Assembly: GCA_937903325.1 (NCBI GenBank)
Contig: CALCZR010000058.1
Coordinates: 129,034 to 193,033, forward strand
From: an uncultured Candidatus Saccharibacteria bacterium
Lineage (GTDB): Bacteria; Patescibacteriota; Saccharimonadia; Saccharimonadales; AWTP1-31
DNA length: 64,000 bases
Direction: 5' to 3'
In this document: in pieces, positions 27,601 to 36,781 of the stretch
Numbering within the stretch: position 1 is the first letter of the stretch
How the letters are laid out: each line of letters begins with the position of its first letter
Notes under the pieces: generated by a model
What the model was told of the DNA's origin: nothing
What the model saw: the letters and a program-made list of their open reading frames with translations, nothing else
Database searches by the model: none
Translations under genes and position numbers: made by a program

Positions 27601-29118
27601 CTAGGCTCGCTTGCGAGCGAAGACATATCCGAGAGTTAGTAACCCGGCAAAAGAAGCAAACAACGAACCAACGAGAGAGACAGAATTAGCGCCGGTGTTT
27701 GGTGCTCCTGCATTACCGCTACCAGACGTAGAAGGAGTGGAGGCGCCACAGACAGCACCTTCGAACTGGAAGGCACCGACAGATGGGCAAGCGTTTGGAC
27801 GAGCGATTCCACGGGCGTCGGTGGTCACACCGAGTACTGAACCGCCAGCAGAAATAGCTGGAGAGCCAGGCAGAAGTGCACGGGTTGGAACGGCGCCGCC
27901 GTTGTCTTGGAGAGGACCAAGGGTAGAGTATACATTGGACACATTATGCTGATCGGTTGGAGAAGTAAACGAACCGGCACAACTGTTATCATCAAAAATA
28001 TTGTGACCTAGCGAGTTAACAGAAACTACTCCTGTCCCAAGTCCACTAGCTAATGCTGTGAAATCTCCTACAGCACAGTTATTTGATACTCCATTACTTT
28101 TGTTGTTTGCCAGAAGACTATTGCCAACCGAGATTGTACTTGTGGCGGTTGTACCTGCCCCAACGCCTAACGATGCTGCATAGAAAGCTGCCGAGGCTGC
28201 TAATCCGGTTGGGTCTAGTGTACCGTCTGTCCCAGTGACAGTGACGTTATTAATGATTGTATTCACAAGTGCATCACCATTATTGGAATAAGCGTTATTG
28301 GAGAACGGCGCAGCAATTGTAGTAGTCGAATAGACATTATCAATTGTAATATTAGCAGCGTTAGCGTTGAGCGTACCAAAACCACCAAAGACGTTATCCC
28401 ACAAGCCGACTGAAAGCATTACGCCAATAGTACCGCCCCCAGAAGTAGTATTTGAGATGTTTGCAATGGTAATATTTTGCAAGGATACATTTGATACCCC
28501 ACCTTGCCCCTGGTTAATTAACAACGCTCCAACAACATTCGCCGAACCTACAATGTCATGTACATAAATGTCACTAAGGTTAACCGTTCTTGTACCCGAA
28601 GAAAGGGATTGCAAGAATATAGCTTCAAATTCGCCACTTGCTGGCTGGGCATCGCTACCGTCTACTTCAATATTATTTATATTTAGAGTCTCATCTGTGT
28701 TAGATAAGATTGCGTAGCCGCTATACGCGATAACCTTTAAATTGCTGATGGTTGCAGATATCCCAGTACCGATTTCTATACCATTATACTGTCCATTGTC
28801 TCCATCAATTATGGTTTGGCTCATACCGGCACCGTTAATAACTATATCTTCGGTGATTACAGGTATGTCTGCAGTCAGCGTCTGAGTTCCCGACGGGATA
28901 TTGATGGTGTCATTGGTGCCGTAACTGCCTACAGCAGTACACCCAGACTGGTTGTTACCAGCGTTCACTGAGTCAATAGCAATAGCAAGCGTGCAACCAC
29001 CAGTTATATTGAGTGTTGCGGCATGAGCTCGGCCAGAACCAAAAGCCAGAACAGCCAAAAAGGCAAAAGCTGCCAGGACTAGTTTGTTTGTTTTACAGAG
29101 ATTAAGGATGTTTTGCAT
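27601..29118 (-). CDS. Secreted beta-helix surface protein, family member 3
   Basis: The family N-terminus starts at MQNILNLCKTNKLVLAAFAFLAVLAFGSGRAHA (ATG 29118, AGGAA RBS). Conserved C-terminal block, then GAPNTG, a TM and RKRA. Confidence 0.85.
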   Translation of the reverse strand: MQNILNLCKTNKLVLAAFAFLAVLAFGSGRAHAATLNITGGCTLAIAIDSVNAGNNQSGCTAVGSYGTNDTINIPSGTQTLTADIPVITEDIVINGAGMSQTIIDGDNGQYNGIEIGTGISATISNLKVIAYSGYAILSNTDETLNINNIEVDGSDAQPASGEFEAIFLQSLSSGTRTVNLSDIYVHDIVGSANVVGALLINQGQGGVSNVSLQNITIANISNTTSGGGTIGVMLSVGLWDNVFGGFGTLNANAANITIDNVYSTTTIAAPFSNNAYSNNGDALVNTIINNVTVTGTDGTLDPTGLAASAAFYAASLGVGAGTTATSTISVGNSLLANNKSNGVSNNCAVGDFTALASGLGTGVVSVNSLGHNIFDDNSCAGSFTSPTDQHNVSNVYSTLGPLQDNGGAVPTRALLPGSPAISAGGSVLGVTTDARGIARPNACPSVGAFQFEGAVCGASTPSTSGSGNAGAPNTGANSVSLVGSLFASFAGLLTLGYVFARKRA

Positions 29119-29189
29119 GCAGAGTATTCCTATCAATTTGTTTACGCTTATGCTTATTGTATCATTTGAGCCTTGCTCATATGTAATTG

Positions 29190-32100
29190 TTAACTTATGG
29201 GTGTGATTACAGTTGGAGCAAACCCTGTTGGGCTTGAATGACTTTGTGGAATTGTCATAGAAACGGTAGTGCCTTTTCCAGGAGTACTTTGGACAGTTAT
29301 GCCTCCGCCAAGTTTCTGCAGAATCATGCGGGTGATATACAAGTTAAGTCCAAGTCCGGGGTGATCAAAGGTTGTCGAATCTGTACCGCGAGTTAATGGC
29401 TCGAAAAGATGTGCCATCACCTCCGGTGACATACCAACCCCTTTGTCATGTACTGTTATGAGCGTTTTGCCGCCAACAGATTTACTGCTGATAGTTACGG
29501 CACTATTGGCATTGCTAAATTGAACAGCATTTTCGACCGTTGATCGAATAATCTGAGTTAGTTCTTCTGGCTGCATTTGCACAACAGAGGTGGAGCTGAG
29601 TAAATTGCTCACGGTCACCCCTTTTTCGGCAGTCAGTTTAGATAGTAACGGTGCAATATTTTGCTCGTAAGCGTGTTGGACAGAAATATTTGGAGCAGGA
29701 CCGCCAACAACACTAAAACGGCTTACCTTTCCAAGTGACTCAGATAATTGGACCAACTGCCCAATACCATTAGTAAGCAGCTTAGTGTCGGGGAACTGCT
29801 CCAGACCTACCGTGCCAGACTGTAATGCACTGGCATGGGAAGCTAAACTGGTAGCCGCATCAGCTACAAAGGATTTCTTTTGATCTAGTAATTGTTGCTC
29901 GGTTGCTAGTCGCTGTTTTATTTGGGTGTGAAGTTGTCGCTGTTTTTTCCAGGCCAGAAACGTTACTACTGCAGCGATCGCACCAAAGAATGCCCACATT
30001 AATTGATTCAGGTATCGCCCCCAGCTATGATCGTAGGATTTACTAAAGTACAATGCCAAATCTGTCACCGTCACGAGCCCTGCAATGCCAGCCAACGGCA
30101 CCCACAACTGTTTGTTTGATGTGGCCAGGACTTCGCCAGAAACTACCGGACGATCTCCAGGTGCTAATGCTTGCTCTGCCTGATACGTGAGGTTATTTGA
30201 TGTTGTCTGCAGGGCGACAAGCTTAGCCTTGAATTGGGCAATAAATTCCGGCTGCAATGCATGCTTTGATGCAATCAACTCTAAAGCGCCGTTCATGATA
30301 CTAAGCGGCGTATTAAGATAATGTGTAATTATCGCCAAGAAATCCGAGACTGATTGCCTAGTAGTACTAACTTTTGTTAGTAGGTCGGCCATAGCTTTCT
30401 GGTACCGATACTCACGCCATGCACGGTAAGCATAGTACAACGCCAGGAGCAGTAACCAGGACAAGAAGAAATATGGTGCGAGGCTTACTTTTGGTTGCTT
30501 CGTTATCAGGGGGAATGGCGCAGGAAGTTCAGTCTCTGGAACTTTTGAGATATCTAATAGTACTGGCTCTTCTTCACCAGCGGGCGTCTCGATAGTAGTC
30601 ACCGGACCTCCACCCGAACTCGTTGGTCGATTTGGGCGTGTAGGGGTAACTGGGGTAGTTGGTGTTGTTGGATTAGTAGGAGTTGGCGGAGTCCCGGGCA
30701 CCAGCACATCGTATATGCCAAGTACCCAGCTACTCTGCCCGACAGCATTAACGGCGGATACCTGGAAATCATATCGGGCACCGGATGTTAGGCCCGTAAT
30801 GGTAGCCGAAGTATTTGTGCTCGGCGGATGGCTAAACTCAAGCCACTCATTGGTACCCTTTAGTCGATATTGTATGCGGTAGTTAATAATCGGTGTACCG
30901 CCATCGTTAGCCGGCGGATCCCACGACAATGCCATGCTCGATGAGGTGGGAGTACCGCCAAGGTTACGCGGGGGCCCAGGCAGGCTCTCGCCTGGAGTAA
31001 ACGTTGGATAGATGGCAACATGGCTGTACCAAACGGGTAAGCTAAAATCCCACGTATCAAGCGGCGGGTTGCTTGTATTATTTTTGAAATAGTTCGGCGA
31101 TTGATTGCCTGCATTTACCGTATGACACACTACCGTATTGTTGTAAATACTCTGAGTTAGTATAGGATCTGCGTCGGGATCGACTGGGCCCTCGACCTCT
31201 AGCCAGTTGGCACAGGGCACATCACCGCTGAGTGAAGCATCAAAGTAGTTATTGACAAGCATAGTATCGGCTTCGCTGGAAGTGATTGTCCCTTGACCTT
31301 CACTAAAAACGTGGGTAAAACGACCGACGAGTGCACCTTCGTTCGGATTGCTGGTGTTTGGTATCGTCGCGGCGCTGAATGAATTAGTAATAGTGCTGCG
31401 GGGGTTAGGGTTTCCGCTTACATCTGTCACACTGACTCCTCCGACAAGACCTCCGGTATTTGAGTCGTAGGCATTTTTTGCAACCTCGGGTGTTTCTGTT
31501 GCAAACTCAGGCTGTTCATTACCTAAAACCCCAGTCGCATATGATGAGGTTATATCGGTATGATCGGCAGTTCCAATCAGGCCACCAACAGAGGCTCCAA
31601 GTTCGATATATCCGTTTTGATCATCATACTCTAAAGTTGTGACAGCGCCTGATACAACACCGGCTGCGTAGGTATCGGTCAGTGTCACCCTCGCGGTGCC
31701 AGAGCCAATCGTTCCACTCACGCCGATCAGGCCGCCCAGTGCGTATCCGGCCTGCACCGAACCGGTAGCATAGGCCTGCCGTATAGCGACTTGGCCTTGG
31801 GCAATACCAATCAATCCGCCCGCGCCAGCTCCACCATTCTGGTTAGCAAAGTAACCTTGGCCCGCTACCGAACCGGTAGCATGTACTCGAGTAATCGTTG
31901 CGGTTCCGAGCGCGCTAATACTACCAATTAGACCACCCGCTCGAACCAGTGTGCCTGTACCCGCTACATAATCTTGTGCGAGGCCAACCGACCCGGTAGC
32001 ATACACGTCCTGAAGCGCATGATTATATCCCTGCAAAGACCCAGCAAGTCCGCCGAGTCCACCAACAACCTGTTTGCCACCTATACTCACCAGTCCTGTA

Positions 32101-35100
32101 GCGTAGCTATCACGCAAAATACTTGGCGTGGCTGTTTGCGATACCGCAATAGTCGTACCAAGCAGTCCACCTGCCAAAGCCGCTAAGTCATCACATTGAT
32201 CCACCTGACACGCTTGGTTGAGCGTCACGCTCACCTCGCCCGAAGCATGTACACCTTCAATTCTCGACCACCCAACAACCATACCAACTGCGCCACCAAC
32301 TATAGGGCCGCCTAATGTATCGATAACAGGACTTACTGCCGAAAAATCAATCGAACCAGTCGCGTACGAATTCCGAATACGCATCGCACTTGTTAAATTA
32401 TTTCCCCCAGTAGCCCCGCCAACCAATCCTCCCGCCGCACCAGAAACTCCGCGCACCACTTGGTTGCCGTCTTCAACAGTAATATCGCCCGATGCAAAAG
32501 AATCAGCAATATCGAGCAAAGTGGCCGAGCCTACTAGCCCCCCGGCGTAAGATACCGTACCATTCGAAATAGTTATGTCCATCGACGAGCTAGAGTCTTG
32601 GATCTTAACGCCCCTCACCAAGGAAGCTTCTGGATCGGCGGGGCTTACAGTTCCTTGATTGGCGCTAAAGCCAACAAGTCCACCGCCAGACCCTTCGCCT
32701 AATTGAATCTGCCCTGTAGAGTTACTGTTCGTTATGGTTAGCGACGAGTCATAGGAGCCACCTACTAAGCCACCGGCAAATGCAGGATCGGGATTACCAC
32801 CAGAGATTGGACAGGCAATTGTGCCGCTATATGCTGAGTCTTCTATGGCGACCGTGCCGACCGCTGTTATTCCTATTAGCCCTCCAGCTCCTTCGCTGCA
32901 TGTACCAGTACTACCCATATCGGAGATAGCATTTCGAAGTGAAATATTAGCGTCTGACATTGCTCCACCAATTATTCCTCCGGAAAGACTACTATCTAAA
33001 ATTGTGCCATGTGATTGGATATCCTGCATGGTAAGTTCGGATTGCTCAACATTTACGTATATCATGCCCAATATGCCCCCACTGGTGCCAGGAGACTGCA
33101 CCACCCCTGTATAGGAAACATCCTGCCATAATACCGACCCGTCAAAGCCGGTACTATCAAAATCAGATAATGTGCCTACAATGCCGCCGGTAAAATCTTC
33201 CCCAATAACATCCCCGGCAACTGTAATGTCGTCTAAAATTGTGTCCGGAGAGGCAGAGGCAATCAGTGTCGCCGCAGGAACATCGTTAGACAACATACTT
33301 GCAACAGAGGAATTTGTTACAGCAAGGTTCCGAATTTCGGCGCTTTGGGCAAACGAAAACATGCCAACCCCTTGATAGCTGGCATTTGCAGGAATATTCA
33401 TTTGCAGATCACTAATACTGAACCCTTGACCGTCAAGAGTTCCTTGGAATGGCGTACTGGGATCACCCACAGGTATCCACCCCTCGCCACCATTCCAGGT
33501 AAGTGTATCGCTACAGTCAATATTGTTCATCAGATGAAATACGCTGCCTCTATACTGATCAAGCACGCTGTGCATCTGTTGACACTCGGTAATGCCGATG
33601 AATACCTGAAAATTCTGCACACTACTCCAACTACCCTGGCCAAATGAATTTACCGCAGCAATACGAAAGTCGATGCTATCAATAACCCGTGCTTCGGCCT
33701 GAATAGCAAGAACAATGGCCTGTGCTAAATCGGTATCGGTTGTATTAGTACTGTCGAAACTCAAGTCTGTTCCGGTGCCATCTACAACAGTAGTCCACGT
33801 GCCGTTTGAAGCCGCCCACCCATAGTTTTGGAGCTCAGCTTGGGAAGCCGCCCAATCACTACCCGGACGGGGCTTGAACTGAATAACGTAATCGGTAATT
33901 GGGGCGCCAAGATCTGGTGCTTGCCAATCGAGCTTAGGGAAAGAAAACGGTGCGAACTGATTGGTTTGTTCCACCCCGGTTACTATCATATTTTGTGGCG
34001 CAGACGGTAACCGACTAGTACTAACGTTTTCGAGAACTTCCCAATCCCCTTGACCGATAGCATTAACTGCGGCAACTCTAACATCGTACAGTTGACCAGC
34101 AACCAGCCCTGATATGAGCTGAGACCGGTCAGTCGATGGTGATCGGCTAACACTATTCCAGGAACTGTTGCCGTGGAGTTTATACTGCACAGCGTAATCG
34201 GTGAGTGGGGTATTGCCATCCAATATTGGTGCCAGCCACTGCGTCGTTAAACTCGAGGGATTTACACTGTTAGTCGTTATAGTTCGCACTTTGCCAGGTA
34301 ACGTAGGTGCCCCCAGTGCCTGGGAAAGAAAGATAGGGGTAGACGAAGTAACCGTCTTCCAGACGTTTGTGAAATCCCACTCTTGGTTTCCCCCGACCCT
34401 AAACGGTGCATAGGTAGAGTTATTATAAAAATAGTTAGGCTGCGAATTACCTGAGTTCACCGCCGAGCAAAAGCCAACGGGCGACTGTTCTGGTAAAATT
34501 ACCGAGAAGTCACTATCTACATAGCCACCTATACAGTTATCAAGCCCGGTTCGAGATGCGTCAATGAAGTTTCCGCTGCCTGAGATATTTACACCAAATG
34601 GTGGATCGGCATTTTCTTCGTATAACCCCACGCCAATAAATCCACCAAATGCCTCACGCTCCATTGGACCAGTCGATATCGTCTGTGATCCAACGGCAAA
34701 TGAATTGTTGATCTCAATTGCCGCTGCCATTGCCGCAAAACCACCTGCCAAAACGACGGAAGGGTCTAGCTCAGGACTACGAGTAATAGAAATAGCCATT
34801 GAACTATAGCTATTGTCTACTGTGCCTCCTAATGCTTGGCCGAATAATCCGCCGGCAAACATGGTAGTTGCCCCTTGGGTGTAAGCACCGGTTATCGTAC
34901 CAGTAGAATACGAGTCCGAGATGTTTGAAGAGTAGCTTACCAGCATCAAACCACTAGCGAAAGCCGCCTTACCACTGTCTCCATTACTATAACTATTGTT
35001 CGTAATATCCATATCGACCGATATCCTAGTCGCCGTGCTAAACATAAACATGCCAACAAATCCGCTGGCATTAACACTTCCACCTGTACCCTCGCAGAAA

Positions 35101-36005
35101 ACCGTTCCAGAAACCGAAACATCACTGAATGAAGAATTACTAGCCTGTGAAGCAATGGGCGCCAAAAGAACATCAGCATTGTCTGTTGCAAGATCTACAT
35201 TGGTAAGTTTTACATTTGTAACAGAAGCACCGATAGCGAGTCCGAACAACCCAGCCTCGGTGTCGTCCGTGAGTATCCGCTGATACAAACCATCTATGGC
35301 ATGACCGTTACCCTCCAATGTGCCTGTGAATTCTTGACCGTTGCTGCCATTTCCAACCGCCACAAATCCAGCACCACTATTCCAAGTGTTTGTTGCCGTG
35401 CAATCTATTGGTCCGGTTAATTCGTAATGGCCCGCTCTATCGTCTTGCATTTCTTGTAATTGTTCACACGTCGATATTTGGTATGGTTGTTCCGGACTGC
35501 CTAGACCAATCCCCGAAAAAGCCTGTGCTGCAGGAAAACCTACAATGGCAATAACTGCAATAAATACCGCTACACACACCTCCGCAACAGCCAACCAGTA
35601 GAATGCAGGTCTCCAGCGGTAATGAAAACGTGGAAACACAACCACACGCAAGTGGTGCAAAAAACCGTACTTAGTTTTTGGAGTAATTTTTATAAGCGGC
35701 TTCTTATGGTGCTGATAATCCATCCACATATATAAAAGAGAGCACACCGATAGAAGTCCAAGACTAGAAAGAGGTGACCACAAGAACGAAAAATTTGTTA
35801 TCTGGCTTGCGCTGGACTCAATTAACCGACTGACAAATTTACTAGATTCTGGTTTGACACGTAAGTAGATCAAAGCGGCAATTGAGGCCAGCATAACAAA
35901 AATAGGCAGCATCTTAACACGTTGCCGATACATCCTATCACTAAAAGCGCCAGCCCTATCTGCTAGGCGTTTACGCTGAACAATTTTTACAGTCGCCTTC
36001 GTCAT
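29190..36005 (-). CDS. Giant (2271 aa) membrane sensor histidine kinase with GLUG-repeat/FN3 ectodomain
   Basis: Three N-terminal TM segments. A roughly 1600-aa ectodomain has two modules opening with an IgA-protease-like motif (ISTCEQLQEM...FTGTLEGNGHAIDGL; ITECQQMHSV...FQGTLDGQGFSISDL), followed by many GGL(V/I)G GLUG-type repeats. Three FN3-like domains and a PT-rich linker follow, then a TM. H-box FLAIITHYLNTPLS, two more TM segments, then HATPase_c (ENAVQFS, DKGVGM, GLGLNL, GKGTTV). Confidence 0.85.
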   Translation of the reverse strand: MTKATVKIVQRKRLADRAGAFSDRMYRQRVKMLPIFVMLASIAALIYLRVKPESSKFVSRLIESSASQITNFSFLWSPLSSLGLLSVCSLLYMWMDYQHHKKPLIKITPKTKYGFLHHLRVVVFPRFHYRWRPAFYWLAVAEVCVAVFIAVIAIVGFPAAQAFSGIGLGSPEQPYQISTCEQLQEMQDDRAGHYELTGPIDCTATNTWNSGAGFVAVGNGSNGQEFTGTLEGNGHAIDGLYQRILTDDTEAGLFGLAIGASVTNVKLTNVDLATDNADVLLAPIASQASNSSFSDVSVSGTVFCEGTGGSVNASGFVGMFMFSTATRISVDMDITNNSYSNGDSGKAAFASGLMLVSYSSNISDSYSTGTITGAYTQGATTMFAGGLFGQALGGTVDNSYSSMAISITRSPELDPSVVLAGGFAAMAAAIEINNSFAVGSQTISTGPMEREAFGGFIGVGLYEENADPPFGVNISGSGNFIDASRTGLDNCIGGYVDSDFSVILPEQSPVGFCSAVNSGNSQPNYFYNNSTYAPFRVGGNQEWDFTNVWKTVTSSTPIFLSQALGAPTLPGKVRTITTNSVNPSSLTTQWLAPILDGNTPLTDYAVQYKLHGNSSWNSVSRSPSTDRSQLISGLVAGQLYDVRVAAVNAIGQGDWEVLENVSTSRLPSAPQNMIVTGVEQTNQFAPFSFPKLDWQAPDLGAPITDYVIQFKPRPGSDWAASQAELQNYGWAASNGTWTTVVDGTGTDLSFDSTNTTDTDLAQAIVLAIQAEARVIDSIDFRIAAVNSFGQGSWSSVQNFQVFIGITECQQMHSVLDQYRGSVFHLMNNIDCSDTLTWNGGEGWIPVGDPSTPFQGTLDGQGFSISDLQMNIPANASYQGVGMFSFAQSAEIRNLAVTNSSVASMLSNDVPAATLIASASPDTILDDITVAGDVIGEDFTGGIVGTLSDFDSTGFDGSVLWQDVSYTGVVQSPGTSGGILGMIYVNVEQSELTMQDIQSHGTILDSSLSGGIIGGAMSDANISLRNAISDMGSTGTCSEGAGGLIGITAVGTVAIEDSAYSGTIACPISGGNPDPAFAGGLVGGSYDSSLTITNSNSTGQIQLGEGSGGGLVGFSANQGTVSPADPEASLVRGVKIQDSSSSMDITISNGTVSYAGGLVGSATLLDIADSFASGDITVEDGNQVVRGVSGAAGGLVGGATGGNNLTSAMRIRNSYATGSIDFSAVSPVIDTLGGPIVGGAVGMVVGWSRIEGVHASGEVSVTLNQACQVDQCDDLAALAGGLLGTTIAVSQTATPSILRDSYATGLVSIGGKQVVGGLGGLAGSLQGYNHALQDVYATGSVGLAQDYVAGTGTLVRAGGLIGSISALGTATITRVHATGSVAGQGYFANQNGGAGAGGLIGIAQGQVAIRQAYATGSVQAGYALGGLIGVSGTIGSGTARVTLTDTYAAGVVSGAVTTLEYDDQNGYIELGASVGGLIGTADHTDITSSYATGVLGNEQPEFATETPEVAKNAYDSNTGGLVGGVSVTDVSGNPNPRSTITNSFSAATIPNTSNPNEGALVGRFTHVFSEGQGTITSSEADTMLVNNYFDASLSGDVPCANWLEVEGPVDPDADPILTQSIYNNTVVCHTVNAGNQSPNYFKNNTSNPPLDTWDFSLPVWYSHVAIYPTFTPGESLPGPPRNLGGTPTSSSMALSWDPPANDGGTPIINYRIQYRLKGTNEWLEFSHPPSTNTSATITGLTSGARYDFQVSAVNAVGQSSWVLGIYDVLVPGTPPTPTNPTTPTTPVTPTRPNRPTSSGGGPVTTIETPAGEEEPVLLDISKVPETELPAPFPLITKQPKVSLAPYFFLSWLLLLALYYAYRAWREYRYQKAMADLLTKVSTTRQSVSDFLAIITHYLNTPLSIMNGALELIASKHALQPEFIAQFKAKLVALQTTSNNLTYQAEQALAPGDRPVVSGEVLATSNKQLWVPLAGIAGLVTVTDLALYFSKSYDHSWGRYLNQLMWAFFGAIAAVVTFLAWKKQRQLHTQIKQRLATEQQLLDQKKSFVADAATSLASHASALQSGTVGLEQFPDTKLLTNGIGQLVQLSESLGKVSRFSVVGGPAPNISVQHAYEQNIAPLLSKLTAEKGVTVSNLLSSTSVVQMQPEELTQIIRSTVENAVQFSNANSAVTISSKSVGGKTLITVHDKGVGMSPEVMAHLFEPLTRGTDSTTFDHPGLGLNLYITRMILQKLGGGITVQSTPGKGTTVSMTIPQSHSSPTGFAPTVITPIS

Positions 36006-36107
36006 ATATACTCTTATGGTTACCTCTATTGTACTAGAGTTGCCGACTACTTACTGACATTTTGTTAATTTGCACACTGTAAGTACAATTAAGCACAAGG
36101 ACATACC

Positions 36108-36509
36108 ATGAAAGTTTCATCAAAATTTCACCCCATAACGCCGTATCTCTGTCTTATATTAGTTGCAATCGGGATAACTGCCTATGTCGCATATCACAAG
36201 GGTAATACCAACAGACAGGACCAATCAACCAGGCAAGCCAAAGCACAAACTCTAGACAGCGCCTTCGAGAGCTCAGCAAGCTTCTTTAAACGTAATATTA
36301 CTGGCACTGTCAGTAAAGTCAGCGCAAAACAGATTACCATTGTATCGCCTAACTCTACCGAACAAACCTTTAACCTTACCCCAAAAACCATATTCCAACG
36401 TGCAGGCCAGAAAATATCCGTAACCGATCTAAAGAAAGATCAGCAAGTAACTATCTTAAGAAGTATATCTGACTATTCACAAGCAGCTGGAATTACAATC
36501 AATAGGTAG
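36108..36509 (+). CDS. Hypothetical membrane-anchored protein (133 aa)
   Basis: N-terminal TM YLCLILVAIGITAYVAY. Divergent from the giant kinase gene; the only plus-strand gene in the cargo. Confidence 0.5.
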   Translation: MKVSSKFHPITPYLCLILVAIGITAYVAYHKGNTNRQDQSTRQAKAQTLDSAFESSASFFKRNITGTVSKVSAKQITIVSPNSTEQTFNLTPKTIFQRAGQKISVTDLKKDQQVTILRSISDYSQAAGITINR

Positions 36510-36510
36510 T

Positions 36511-36747
36511 CTAGTCAGCTAGTAGTAGCATCGAAACATCTTCGAAAAGAGCATGGTCTTGTGCTGTACGTAAATCGATGGGAATAGCACCTAGTCTTTC
36601 GAATTCACTCTGGGCCCAATCCAAACTCTGCTCGTACGTCATGCCTATATGAATATCGAGCATTTCAGGGGTCATACTAATTCTTTCAGGAGCAGCAAAC
36701 CCATTGGCCGCCGCCGCAAGATCCGCTTCCCCAATCTGTTCTAACAT
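36511..36747 (-). CDS. Small acidic protein, paralog of 24864..25097
   Basis: 78 aa; shared motifs as listed for the other copy. Lies directly downstream of member 4. Confidence 0.55.
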   Translation of the reverse strand: MLEQIGEADLAAAANGFAAPERISMTPEMLDIHIGMTYEQSLDWAQSEFERLGAIPIDLRTAQDHALFEDVSMLLLAD

Positions 36748-36781
36748 GTTACTAGTTTACTATTCTTTTCGATACGTGCAA

